48,210 nucleotides of DNA, from positions 8,266,810 to 8,315,019 of the forward strand of contig NC_069005.1 in assembly GCF_001194135.2 (NCBI RefSeq). The letters are read 5' to 3'. Positions 35,621-48,210 of the stretch are shown piece by piece. The position numbers were made by a program, and so were the translations under genes. Source of the stretch: Octopus bimaculoides (Eukaryota). Within the stretch, counting starts at the first letter, position 1, and each line of letters starts with the position of its first letter. A model generated the notes under the pieces. The model was not told the DNA's origin and made no database searches. It saw nothing but the letters and a program-made list of their open reading frames with translations.

Positions 35621-36114
35621 CTTAGTCTTGGATATATAGATAAGATGGATGATCAAGGCTGGGATGTCTTTGAATATAGACAAACTTAATCATAACTGAA
35701 CAACAACAACAACAACAACAACAATAATGATATTTCCAGAGAAAAAAAAAAAAGTTATTTGAAAATTTCCATCAAAAATAAATAGACTAAAAGGTCAAGG
35801 CAAAATACAAAACAATCAACAAATTACTAAAACATTCAGATTCCATGACCCGGAGGGAGCTTTGATGTGGCTTTTAAGATGTCTGAGTATCAACATTTTG
35901 ATTTTAACTTCATCTTTTAATCTATTTGATGGTTACAACATCACTTAAATGTTCTTTTATGGATTGTTGTTGTTTGCTCAGAGACACAGACAGTGAACAA
36001 AAGTTTATTTTAATGCTGTGTTTTATGGACATAATGGTTTCATTGTTTAAACTAAATATTCCTGTTCATAGCTGTTAAGTGATGTCATGCACTGTTCAGA
36101 GGTGGCAGGAAGTC

Positions 36115-36940
36115 ATCATCATCAACCGTATGGGTTGGACTGTTTGACAGGATCCAACAAGTCACAAGACTGTATTAAGAACCAATGCCATCTTTTACAT
36201 GGTTTCTATGGCTGGATGCCCTTCCTTATGCCAACCACTTTTTAGAGTCTACTGGTTGCATTTTCCCTGCTACCAGCTCCAGTGATGTCACCAAGTAACT
36301 TGCAAGACAAAAAGAAAAAGCTCCTTCAATTGAGTGTGGTGGTGGTGGGGGATGTATATGAGTGATCGAGAAGTGGCTTTATGCCAGGTTTTCAAATGTT
36401 CGAGTATGATAGCGGGATGAGTACAGGTTGTCTCACTATAGAAGAGATTCATGGCTACTCAGCATTTAGGGTGGTTGTGTGTAATTGGAAAGAAGATGGA
36501 GATTGTGGTACCGAGGTGCCAGAGTGAATGCTCAAGGTACAAGTGAGCACAAGAGAGAACCCAGAGAGTGGATCAGGGGGAAGAGAAAGTAGGTAATTTC
36601 ATTAAGAGTGTAGAGAATGTGTTACAGCTGGCCAGAAATGGGGATGGAAGAGAATGTAGTGAGTGGTGAACAAAAGTGAAAATGTGATTGAGGAGAAATA
36701 TTGATATGGAGAGAGAAGATTAGGTGAGAGGGATAGAAGTGGCTCAGGAAGGAGGATAGATTAGAAAGGAGAGGGATGATGTGCAAGGTGATGTACAGTG
36801 ACAAAGATGGAGGTCAGAAGTACACAAGGGTGGCTGTAATAAATGGGGTGACAGTGGTGGGAGGTGGCATCAATGGTAGATATGAGAGGGTGTAGTGAAT
36901 GAAAGCGGATATGAGAAGTGTTAAAGGTAAGGTGGCAAGC
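36115..36940 (-). mobile_element. Retroposon family C with about 650-bp body (purine-rich on +)
   Basis: GGCTGGATGCCCTTCCTTATGCCAACCAC core, CACCAAGTAACTTGCAAGAC, then AAGTGGCTTTATGCCAGGT (antisense of ACCTGGCATAAAGCCAC at about 19003) and a long GA-rich tract. Confidence 0.7.
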
Positions 36941-37105
36941 AGGTAGAATCGTTAGCAGGTTGGGTGAAATGCTTAGTGGCATTTCGTCCATCTTTATATT
37001 CTGTGTTCAAATTCTGCTGAGGCCGACTTAGCATTTCATCCTTTTGGGGTTGATAAAATAAGTACCAGTAGAGTACTGGGGTTGATGTAATTGACTTCAC
37101 TACTC
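36940..37105 (+). mobile_element. SINE family B
   Basis: GGTGGCAAGCAGGTAGAATCGTTAGC...CATTTCATCCTTTTGGGGTTGATAAAATAAGTACCAG. Confidence 0.82.
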
Positions 37106-38344
37106 TGCCGAGCCATGTTGAGCCAGAGTGACAGAATTGACTCATCAAACCAGAATCATCTCAAGCTCAAATTCCTGGCCTCCACATGAGACAGTGGTTG
37201 GTGAAGAAAACATGCTGAGGCCTCGTTTTGTAGTAGACTGAACATGGGCAACCCAATCCAAAAAAGATGAGGTATGCCAGGTCTAAGATATAGTGCTGAA
37301 GAGAGAGGGAAATATAATTGAAGGTGCAGAAAAAGGATGATTGGTGAAAAATACTGTGGGTAGGAATGAGAGTGAGGGATGGATATTAATAGGAAGTGGT
37401 TCCAATGTGAGATGATAAGTGTTATTTAACCCGAGGTCATCTCTGAGCAAGCAAACTTATGTTCAAAAGTATTGTGTGTCTTCCCTGGACAGGGTTTCCC
37501 AACGTCTTTATATGACTGTTACGTATCAATAACTAGTAATTATAATTGTCTGAACATGTTGATTGCTTATAAATCAGCTGCTAAAAAGATATTTATGCAT
37601 TTGTTGCTTTAATTCCATGTTAGTTCTAATTAGACTAACCATTAACTAAAAAACGTCCCAGTTATGACCAGCCTGTTTTATTTCCATGCATAGAGGACTA
37701 CATTATTTACTGCATCCTTTTTTTTTTAAGATAATAGGTTGAGATTGAAGTGGTATTTAACTTCTGTTTCTGGCAGGACAAGTAACTATGTAGAGGAACC
37801 CTCATTGTGTTGTGTTTGTAAATTAATGTGACTGATGTGGCTGGGGGCACTTACTCTGCTTCTAAGTTGTGTGCCCAGTTGAATGTGTGCTTCATCTCTT
37901 ATATCATTAACTGCTTATCACTTTAAACCAGAGATTAAATGATTTAATTTTTCCTGTTGTGTAGTATTTAGTGAATGTTGTGCTTGATCAGATATGAAAC
38001 CAGCTAATCATGTTTAGAATGTGTCTTGAAAGAAACTTATGTTTGAATCAGCATTGAAACATCAAAAGTTCAAACATGACTTGTCTAAATGTTTCATCTG
38101 TAATAAAAGAGCCAGTAGATGCAGTGTGTTAGTGAATGAGTCAGTCTTTGACAATCAATCAAATGGTTTTTCTCACTATGCAGTCTAGTATGTTTATACA
38201 TGTGTGTGTGTGTGTGTGTGTGTGTGGTAGCAGCAATGTTTTAGTTACTAAACCCCCTTCTCTTTCTTAGTTTAATGATGATGAGAAGATGCTTTCAATG
38301 AGATCAACACCAGTGATTGGCTGATATTTTATTCACCCTGCCAA

Positions 38345-38610
38345 TTTTGTGTGGCTGGCCACATTCTCCATTCAGCTAATCAATGGTACTTGAAAACAGC
38401 CATGACTTGGGATCCACCTGTCGGCCACTGTAAAAGGGATAGGCTGAAAATCACTTGGTGGTAGGCATTTCTTGATTACTGACCTGAAGACAGTCAACAT
38501 TATGTAGCATGAAGGAGTAAGAGAAGCAGCTGACCAAACAAGGGGAAGAAGCTTGCCATCCAATGTGCTGAAGATCATAAGAGGCTTAAGCCAAAAAAAA
38601 AAAGAAAAAA
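38345..38610 (+). mobile_element. RTE-type LINE 3' terminus with A-rich tail, degenerate
   Basis: WLATF../..WDPPVGHCKRDRLKITW..DLKTVNIM (cf. WxPxGxRxRGRPKxTW...DL), ending in AAAAAAAAAAGAAAAAA. Confidence 0.6.
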
Positions 38611-39264
38611 AGCTAGAAATGTGAAAGTATATTCAACCAGGAGTGTACATGTGAGTAACAGCAACAGTGGTCCCAGATAACTGAGCAATACTTCCATATG
38701 AGTCACATGAGTGTTTCATAGAAGATTGGCAATTGATCAGAGTGGAAATATATTTTGGTCCAGAAAACTCGATACTATCCCATCACCTCTTCATAACTAT
38801 AATGGATAAAGGTGCTGCTATGCTACATATTTGGCATAACTTCTGAAGTTGGGTGTTTTTCCTAACGCCAACCACTTATCGTGAGTGAACTGGGAACGTT
38901 GTATCATAGCACCAGCACTAAAGAGCTTGTCTTCTCAGTCATACGTTGTTTCTATTCCTTCACCAAACACTTGGCAGTGTACTCTACCTTTTGTCATGAT
39001 AACGGTGCAATCAATTACATCAGTTCCACTACTGGTCTGGTATTTTATTTCATTGAACACATAAAGAAGAGAGACACATAGTCAACCCTGCTTGGATTTG
39101 AACCTAGACTTTATATAGATAATGGTAAATATTGCATGGCATTTTAGCAGTTTCATTTCTAATACTTTTGATTATGATCTGTCTTGTTTATGCACTAATG
39201 TCTATTATGCCGCAGTGTCTTCTTTGCTCCTTCATTCCACAAAATGTTGACTGTGTTAGGGTCA

Positions 39265-39545
39265 TCAGGAAATTCCTCCCACTAAGATCGTGAGATCATG
39301 GTTTCAATTCCTAGATGGGCTGATGTATTGTGTTCTCGAGCAAAACATTTCATCTCACATTGCTTTGCCATCACTTCAACATCTGATGTGTGGTACACAA
39401 AGCACCTACTCAGGAAACATTGAGTTGATGGAGAGAGTGATCTAATGTGCAGCACAAACATTTGACAACTATAAACAGTTCATTTGGGCAGGTCATTCGG
39501 CAAAAGCTGAATGCTTGTTCATTATCTTCAGTGGGAGAGTTTATC
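39265..39545 (+). mobile_element. tRNA-derived SINE (CORE-like), related to 785-960
   Basis: GAGATCATGGTTTCAATTCC...TGTGTTCTCGAGCAAAACATTTCATCTCACATTGC. Confidence 0.6.
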
Positions 39546-39782
39546 ACACACACACACACACACACACACATACATATACTTACATGCATATATGTATACA
39601 TGAATATATATACATGTATGTATGTATATCTCCATACATATATGTGCGTGTGTGTGTACGAGTGTACATAGCTGTATATAGAATATATATTTCCAGCTAT
39701 GCATATATGCATACCTAATCACCCTCACAATACATTCATTCGAAGATATGCTTACTTATCTATATCTGTATCCATCCATTCA

Positions 39783-39815
<33 letters not shown>

Positions 39816-40824
39816 TTGTGTGTATGGGTGCATACAACCTCTGGATTTAATTATCACATTGTGAAAATGAATGACAAATCCAAAACAAAGAATCAGAAAA
39901 GTAATAAAGAAATTATGGAAAAAAAAAAAAAAAATTACAAATAAGTGAAAGACAACCAAATATGTTTTAAAGGTTTGGCTTTAAGTCTGTTTTCCTAATG
40001 TAATTAAATCCAACTTCGTATTGTAAAGGAAAAATATGACAGGGAATTAAGGAGTGGAAGGAAATAACTTGGTTTCTTGACTTTGTTTTGAAGTTGCTTG
40101 GATGTTTGNNNNNNNNNNNNNNNNNNNNNNNNNNNNNNNNNNNNNNNNNNNNNNNNNNNNNNNNNNNNNNNNNNNNNNNNNNNNNNNNNNNNNNNNNNNN
40201 NNNNNNNNNNNNNNNNNNNNNNNNNNNNNNNNNNNNNNNNNNNNNNNNNNNNNNNNNNNNNNNNNNNNNNNNNNNNNNNNNNNNNNNNNNNNNNNNNNNN
40301 NNNNNNNNNNNNNNNNNNNNNNNNNNNNNNNNNNNNNNNNNNNNNNNNNNNNNNNNNNNNNNNNNNNNNNNNNNNNNNNNNNNNNNNNNNNNNNNNNNNN
40401 NNNNNNNNNNNNNNNNNNNNNNNNNNNNNNNNNNNNNNNNNNNNNNNNNNNNNNNNNNNNNNNNNNNNNNNNNNNNNNNNNNNNNNNNNNNNNNNNNNNN
40501 NNNNNNNNNNNNNNNNNNNNNNNNNNNNNNNNNNNNNNNNNNNNNNNNNNNNNNNNNNNNNNNNNNNNNNNNNNNNNNNNNNNNNNNNNNNNNNNNNNNN
40601 NNNNNNNNNNNNNNNNNNNNNNNNNNNNNNNNNNNNNNNNNNNNNNNNNNNNNNNNNNNNNNNNNNNNNNNNNNNNNNNNNNNNNNNNNNNNNNNNNNNN
40701 NNNNNNNNNTATCATGTTTGTTTGATTGACTGTTTGGGTGTCTTTTCTGACATCTAAGCAAGTATTGAAGCCCCAGGAAATCAAAGTTTCATATTTTGTA
40801 TGATACATGTCTAGATATTTTTGA

Positions 40825-40960
40825 TGCATGACTGTGTGGTAAGAAGCTTGCTTCCTAACCACATGATTCCAGGTTCTGTCCCACTACTCTTCTACTATAG
40901 CCTCAGGCTGACCAAAGCCTTGTGAGTGGATTTTGTAGACAGAAACTGAAAGAAGCGCAT
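40825..40960 (+). mobile_element. SINE family A, 5' half with internal deletion
   Basis: GTGTGGTAAGAAGCTTGCTTCCTAACCACATG...GTAGACAGAAACTGAAAGAAGC. Confidence 0.85.
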
Positions 40961-41078
40961 CATTATATATATATATATGTGTGTGTGTGTGTATGTGTCT
41001 GGATTTGTGTAGTTATGGGCATGAAGTTATATACATAATATATATGTCTGTATATATAATGTATTACCATTTGCTGTT

Positions 41079-41305
41079 GCACTGGACATTAGGTAATCAA
41101 TTATCTAATGACTGTGTTTGTCGGAGATGGCTAGTCTGGAAAAAATGACAACTGCTCTCTGTTACTAGAGGTAAAGGGTCCTACCCACTCACCAGATGTA
41201 ACTCTTTCTCACTTCAAGTAATAGAGAGCAGTTGCCATTTTTTCCATACCAGCCATGTCGGTCAAGCACACTTATTAAATAATCTGATTTCCTAATATCC
41301 TGTGT
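41079..41305. mobile_element. Foldback (long inverted repeat) element, probable MITE
   Basis: Arms of about 88 bp, e.g. ATGGCTAGTCTGGAAAAAATGACAACTGCTCTCTGTTACT (41127-66) vs AGTAATAGAGAGCAGTTGCCATTTTTTCCATACCAGCCAT (41217-56); complementarity extends out to GCACTGGACATTAGG / CCTAATATCCTGTGT; 50-nt loop. Confidence 0.8.
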
Positions 41306-41448
41306 GAAGTCGATTTGTAAGATTGGCTGTAATGGCTCCATAATACTATATATATATATTGATTAATATACCATCTCTATTGATAAATACACAAGTGCAT
41401 ATTGTTTTGACTTACAGATTCTAAGACAACCACACGCACACACACACA

Positions 41449-41712
41449 CGAGGGGGTGCTGAAAAGTTCTGGTTTTGGGTAAAGGAAAATTCAGGAGGAT
41501 CTGTTAATTACGATTTTATTCAACATATTCCCCTCTCAGGTTCATACAATTATTTCAGCAGTCCTTAAATTTTTCTAAACCCTGTAAAAGAACTTGGAAG
41601 TTTAGGCCTCCAACCAGGCCTTTCACAATACCCTTAAAGCCAGGAACTTTTCAGCACCACCTCATATATATATATATATATATATGAGCGGGTGCCGAAA
41701 AGTTCCTGGCTT
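41449..41712. mobile_element. mariner-type MITE (41449-41665) plus a lone TIR (41685-41712)
   Basis: CGAGGGGGTGCTGAAAAGTT ... AAAGCCAGGAACTTTTCAGCACCACCTC|ATA; then GAGCGGGTGCCGAAAAGTTCCTGGCTT. Confidence 0.85.
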
Positions 41713-42509
41713 ATAAAATATTATTATTTACAGATTTGTAAAATCAACACAGCTTACCAAAAAACAAAACAAAACATTGCATATNNNNNNNNNNNNNNNN
41801 NNNNNNNNNNNNNNNNNNNNNNNNNNNNNNNNNNNNNNNNNNNNNNNNNNNNNNNNNNNNNNNNNNNNNNNNNNNNNNNNNNNNNNNNNNNNNNNNNNNN
41901 NNNNNNNNNNNNNNNNNNNNNNNNNNNNNNNNNNNNNNNNNNNNNNNNNNNNNNNNNNNNNNNNNNNNNNNNNNNNNNNNNNNNNNNNNNNNNNNNNNNN
42001 NNNNNNNNNNNNNNNNNNNNNNNNNNNNNNNNNNNNNNNNNNNNNNNNNNNNNNNNNNNNNNNNNNNNNNNNNNNNNNNNNNNNNNNNNNNNNNNNNNNN
42101 NNNNNNNNNNNNNNNNNNNNNNNNNNNNNNNNNNNNNNNNNNNNNNNNNNNNNNNNNNNNNNNNNNNNNNNNNNNNNNNNNNNNNNNNNNNNNNNNNNNN
42201 NNNNNNNNNNNNNNNNNNNNNNNNNNNNNNNNNNNNNNNNNNNNNNNNNNNNNNNNNNNNNNNNNNNNNNNNNNNNNNNNNNNNNNNNNNNNNNNNNNNN
42301 NNNNNNNNNNNNNNNNNNNNNNNNNNNNNNNTTTTGATTTAGTAATTGAATATTTTGTAATTATGTCCTTTCATTGCTAAAACTGGTTTTCAAAATTATG
42401 GTCTTTGTCTCTTTTTGAACAGTTTTTTTCTTTTTTAAATTTATATACAAGAACACAAACATTGTAATTACCCACTTGTTCAAACTTAATTTATGAAGAT
42501 ATATATATA

Positions 42510-42565
<56 letters not shown>

Positions 42566-42824
42566 ATTATATATGCATTTGTATAGATATGTCTACACAT
42601 ACTTGTGTAGACATATCTGTGTCTACATATATGCACACACACACATGCATGCATGTGCACACGTGTGTGTGTGTGCATATATATGTGTGTATGTAGATGA
42701 AAATGGGAAAATGGATTTTCCATCATTTTCAGTGATGAGTATTTCAGTTATTCAATCATCTGAATGACATGCTCATTATATTAACTTTATAAGTAACTGA
42801 ATATTCCACAACATCCTTAACTTG

Positions 42825-43155
42825 ACACAGTGTGTGATAAAGCTAAGTACCAAACTTAAAAAATAAATACTGTGGTAAATTTATTTGACTAAAAACCCTT
42901 AAAGGCAGTGCCCCGTGATGACTGCATTTCAGTGAATAAAACAAGTAAAAGATAAATATGATACTTCATCACCACTTATATCACTTTCTAGCTTCAACCC
43001 ATAACCTCTCTTGTAAAATGCTAGGAGTCATGTTGCTCCAATAGAATAAATGCCAATCTTAAAGAAAATTACTGGGGTCAGTTTGTTTGACTAAACCCTT
43101 GAAGGCAGTGCCTTAGCATGGCTGCAGTTGACTGAATGAAACAAGTAAAAGATAT
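42825..43155 (+). mobile_element. Two SINE family A 3' fragments
   Basis: TTTGACTAAA..CCCTT.AAGGCAGTGCC...GAATGAAACAAGTAAAAGATA twice. Confidence 0.72.
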
Positions 43156-44759
43156 GTATAAGACATAAAGAAAAATGATCTCTGTTTCAGATGCACATTT
43201 CTTTTAATGGTGTAACTATGTTTTTCTTATTGTTTAGTCTTTGGTCAGCTCTAATTGAACATAGGTGCTGCCTATGATCAAAATAACTCCATCCGTGACA
43301 AACCCATATTTTTGGCTGACTTTTTGTTCTGCATTATCTAATGTGTTATTTGTTTCCTAAGATGATATATGATGCGATTTGAATGAGATCGGTCTGTTAT
43401 TTTTAGCATGTTGAGTAAACATATTGAGACTCTCTTGTTGTTTTATTAAAATGAAGTAAAGTATGCTAAATTAGGAGACTGGTGACAAAGTAGTTCAATT
43501 TACTATTTTGATATTGCTTCATACCATTTAATTCCGAAGGATCTTTTCAGATAAAGTGAGAGAAATATAATTTTCTAAGCAAGAGAGAGAGAGAGAGAGG
43601 TCGTGATGATAAGAGAGAAAGTCAGTGAATGAAAGAAAAACAGACATTTAAAAGAAACAAAATAAAAAAAGGACATTAGTATAATGTTAGTACAAGTCTG
43701 CAAATTTAAAATATTGTAGCTTGAAGTTGTAATGTATTAAATCTCTTTTCTGAAATTATTGCATTTGTGTTTCATCACCGCAGTAACAGGAGGTGAGAGC
43801 GGAGAAGGGAATTTCTCCCAAGCTTAGTATCCAGTTGTTGTCCACCTTGGAATTATAGGTCAATGGTTGGCTTGATTCTAATTATTGATTATATGGAAGT
43901 TGTGAAGAAATTCTGGTGTCTGTTTTTATATATTGGAAAGATCTTTTATGCAACTGGGGAAAAGGAGTGAAATAAAAGAAGAGTGTGTGTGTGTGTGTGT
44001 GTCTGTATTCCACTTGATAGAAAAAGGAAAAAAAGGAGAAAAATTGGCCTTGTTTAGCACAGATGAAGTGAATTGGTTGGAATTTAACTGTTTTTTTTAA
44101 TTTTTTTTTTTAGTACCATCACACTTAAGTTGTTTCTGATAATTCATATAGCAATAGTTCTTCTATACAGCTATATGGCTTACTAAATAAAGATACCAAA
44201 TGTCCCTCATATTACACCATCTACTGCTTTTTTAACAACAGCAAAAAAAAAAAAGATGGAGACAGGCATTGGATAGTATTGTCTTGGATATACAAAAGAG
44301 ATGGCGTCATCAAGGCTGGAATGGATTTGGATCATAAGTCTGCTTGAAATGTACTGTCTTGGGACTAAATGTTAGCAACTGAATCTGTAATCTGGAGGTG
44401 CAACTGTGTGTGTGTATGTGTGAATTGGTGGCTCAGGTAATTACATGTCCAAATGCATTTATATAATAGCTCTCTGTCACATATTCAAACATGAAAATGA
44501 GACTGAATTGAACACTATCTCTTTGGTTTCTTATAGTGCAGACATGCTGAGGTATTTTTATTTATTTATTAAAAATAATAAGAGAAGAAAAAATACTTAA
44601 TCAGAGAGGATAATGGCTGATAATGGAAGATCACGATACCCCAGATCAGAGACTTTGTCTAAATGTTTACAATAGAAAAAATAGAGGACTCCACTCAAAG
44701 TACCCTAAGGGCAAGATGATTGCATTGAAATAGGGTTTTGGTCATGTATTATTATTCAT

Positions 44760-45298
44760 TGGCAGAATCATTACCGTACGGTATTTAGTTACAACATTTT
44801 CTGAGTTCAAATCCTGCCAAGGTCAGTTTTGCCTTTCATCTTTTCAGGGTCTATAAAATTGATCCAATATCAAGTACTGGAGTCAGTTTAATCAGCTGTT
44901 CCCTTCCCACCAATTTTCTTCTCTTGGGCCTATATTAGAAACACTTTATTACAAGCGAAGTCATTAGAACATTGAACAAAATGCTTTGGAATATTTTGCC
45001 GTGGCTTCTAAATTATGAGTTCAAATCCTATTGGGATAAACTTGGTTTTCCTTCTTTTTTGTATTGATATAAGATACCAGTCAAGTACTGGGGGTTGATG
45101 TAATTGACTAACCCTTCCCTTCAGATATGCTGATTTATATGCCTAAATTATTATTATAGAAATCAAGGAACAACTGATTAAAGTGATCACAGTATATTAC
45201 TGGTACTTATTTTTTATTGATACTGTATGAAAAGCAAAATGCACTACGGTGTGATTTGACCTAAGGGATTTAAGTAAATAATAATAATAATGATAATA

Positions 45299-45330
<32 letters not shown>

Positions 45331-45560
45331 TAATGATAATGGTTTCAAATTTTGATACAGGGCCAGCAGTTTTTGAAGGGAAGAGGAAGTCACTTATATT
45401 GACCCCAATGCTCATCATCCTTTAGGGGTTGTTTCATCAGCCCCTAAAGGACAATGAAAGGCAAACTTGACCTTGGCAGCGTTCGAATTCAGATTTTTAC
45501 AGAATCAGAGGAAATATCACTAGGCATTTTATCAGATGCACTAACGATTTTGTCAACACA
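44760..45560. mobile_element. Cluster of family B copies (+ 44760-44940, + 44950-45150, - 45330-45560)
   Basis: TTCTGAGTTCAAATCC...TTTGCCTTTCATC...AAGTACTGG in both orientations. Confidence 0.75.
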
Positions 45561-45580
45561 TTGCATTAATAATAAAAATA

Positions 45581-45622
<42 letters not shown>

Positions 45623-46140
45623 TAATAATAATAATGATGATGATGACACATACAACAACAATAATGATGATGATGATAAATATCTAATTTTCTTGACTGA
45701 ATTAAATTTGTTGCTGAATATCTATAAACTCTGATAAGAAATATAAAACAAAAATGGAAAAGGAAAAACTTATGGTATATTGTTTCCTGTCAAATATGTT
45801 GTGTTCTTTATAGAAATAGATAGAAATTTATTAAAAAAAAATCAAAAAGAAAATCATGTTTATTCTTTGATAGATGTAGTCAATTCCATTACATGATACT
45901 GAGAGAGCTACATCTGCAGGATTTCTTCAAAAGGGGGAAGAGAAATATATATGCTAAGAAAAGCTTGCACACAGATATTTCAAGTAGAGAAATTCAATGT
46001 TTTATACTTAATGCTTTTAAGTTTCTTACTGCAAGCAGATTTTTGGGCTTCAATCTTTCTTGGAATGTATATTTATATAAAAAAAAAAACTAAAAAAAAA
46101 CCTACACACTCTACTGCCTTAGTATTGAGTTTCTCTCTCA

Positions 46141-46192
<52 letters not shown>

Positions 46193-46255
46193 GTAATAAT
46201 AATAATAATAATGAAAATAATAATAATAATAATAATAATAATATTAATAATAATT
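46141..46255. repeat. (AAT)n microsatellite (others at about 20932-20970, 45280-45340, 45570-45680)
   Basis: Seen directly. Confidence 0.97.
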
Positions 46256-46819
46256 ATCATGCAATTATGTGCACATACACACAATGTGTATCAATGTGCA
46301 CAGTGGTATGCACACTAGTATACATATTTTCTGCAAACAGACATGCATTTACATATATATACACACACATACTCACACACAAACACAAAACGTGTGCCAA
46401 TGTGTATATTAGTATGCACATTTGTATACTTATTCTATACATTTGTGTGCATTTGTATAACACATTTTCTGCACACACACCTGCAGACATACTCAAACAC
46501 TCATATGCATATACACATAGCCATTTTAGCAGAATTGTAGCTCCCCTCCCACCAGGTAAATCAATGCACTAAGCCCTATAAATTTATTTATTGAGAACAA
46601 GCCACATACATATATTAGAATTGGGCCCTTAGACTCATGTGGATCCTGAGCAATTACCCAGTGTGCCCATATCTGAAGATGACTGTGTGTGTGTATATTA
46701 TACATATATGTGTTGTGTATGTGTGTGTGTTTATATTCCCAACTGACACACATTTTCTTCATATCTGTTGAAGTCCTGATTACTGCTGTTAGCTTTACTC
46801 ATCCAAGTGACCCAGATTA

Positions 46820-47150
46820 ATATCATCTATCTTCTATGCTGGCATGGTTTAAACAGTTCAACAGGAGCTGATGAATCAGAGAACATTTGTCTTCTCTGAC
46901 AAGGCTTCTATCTGCATGCACATTCTAACACTAACCACTAACTCTGTAAAAAAATGGCCCCAGTAAAGAGAGTACTGGGTGCTTTTTTTCCTTCTTTTTT
47001 TTTGTGGCACTAGTACTAATGAGGTCACCATGTAACTAACAGGGCCAAAGAGGCTCTTTCACTGAGTGGAAGTTATAGCAGAGAGAAAGGTGGCTTTGTG
47101 CTTGGTGTTGAGAGGTTAAAGTAAGGTTGATGTAGAAAGTATGATAGACC
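46820..47150 (-). mobile_element. Retroposon family C, degenerate
   Basis: CTATGCTGGCATGGTTTAAACAG...CACTAACCACT...TACTGGGTGCTTTTT...GGTGGCTTTGTGC. Confidence 0.6.
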
Positions 47151-47619
47151 ATAGTTTCAAGAATAAGAAATTAATTTTAAAAAAATTTAGATCCCAAGCA
47201 AAATTGTTGACCTTGAACTAAAATTTCAAACACACAAACACACACACACACACACACACAAAACAAAACAAAAGAAAAAAAAAATTCTTAAGCAACTAAT
47301 CCAAACTTCAAGCAGAATATTGCTGCTTCAAAACCACAAGCTAAATAAATCTAGCGAAAACCCTTCCACTAACAACTACAATTATAGTAACACCAATAAT
47401 TTCTCACTCAATAATAGCTGTTTAACTAAGGACATAGTCTATAAATGCATAAATGTGTTGTTGACACTCACCATTCATCCAGTGTGTGTGTGTCTGTATA
47501 TACACACACATACATAAATGCACTATGTGGTCAAAACCGCATTAACTGTTATTGTGTATGTGTTTTCCTCCTTTTAACTAAGTATTGTGTGATTTGAGGG
47601 AGATTTAGTTGCTACATCT

Positions 47620-47815
47620 AGCATTATTATCCAGCTATCCCATTCTTGGTCTACCCATAGCCTACTGGTTGGCCCACCTTGGAGAATCCATCTTGCAATT
47701 CTTTCCTGCAACACTCTAATCGCATGTCCATAGTACTTGAGCTGTGACCTCCAAATGCAGAGAAGTGGAAGCTCAACTTGGAGAGTCTCTCTCTGAGCTA
47801 AGCACCATGTCAAAT
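47620..47815 (-). mobile_element. RTE-type LINE C-terminal fragment
   Basis: WRSQLKYYGHAIRVLQERIARWILQG (cf. RxRQLRYxGHxxRxxxERxAxxILxG). Confidence 0.55.
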
Positions 47816-48116
47816 AATGTTACTCTAAAAATCCTTGATGTCTGTAGTAAAAAAAAGAAAGAAAAAGTTTAAACAGATAGGTCCTTGGTAGTGAAAAGGT
47901 TGGAAATCACTGACTTGGAGAATTCCTCATTGGCTTATAATTGAGTCATTTGGTTAGTGGCAGTGATGAATATCCTGCTGTAAAAGTAATTACTGTAACA
48001 AAAGTAAATCCTATCAACATGTCAGCATGGAAAATTGGATGTACAACGAGCTTTCTGATAGCAGAAATAAAATTGAGATTTTATAAAATTCTTTAATAGA
48101 TGCAACTGACACTAGC

Positions 48117-48152
<36 letters not shown>

Positions 48153-48210
48153 GGGGGGTTGGGTTCTTGTTCATTCAGAATACATCAACGATATTGCGTT
48201 TGTCTTGGAT

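Noticed and set aside
39240-39275. CTGATGA on the minus strand
   Set aside because: No downstream helix II/GAAA.
45410-45452. Hairpin CCTTTAGGGG...CCCCTAAAGG
   Set aside because: A small local inverted duplication inside a family B copy; no sign of independent function.

Overview
AT-rich, repeat-dense eukaryotic DNA with about 4.3 kb of Ns in 11 assembly gaps. The repeat repertoire looks to me like coleoid cephalopod (Octopus) intronic or intergenic sequence; this is inferred from recognised repeat families, not verified. I can support no intact protein-coding gene: every ORF in the track is a microsatellite translation, an N-spanning artefact, or a decayed transposon frame. The window is a mosaic of three abundant SINE-like families (my labels A, B, C), decayed LINE fragments (RTE, Tx1/L1, CR1), a mariner transposase relic, several MITEs (piggyBac-type TTAA, mariner-type, a perfect-TIR element, a foldback) and two tiny Helitron-like elements. 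The standout is at 23.8-24.3 kb: a minimal type I hammerhead ribozyme (CUGAUGA/GAAA core, GUC cleavage triplet, palindromic ACAUGU helix III, long helix I) inside a 338-bp tandem unit with structured 103-bp direct repeats. This resembles a non-LTR retrozyme or Penelope pseudo-LTR relic. Most repeat boundaries are approximate (about +/-20 bp) unless exact motifs are quoted.
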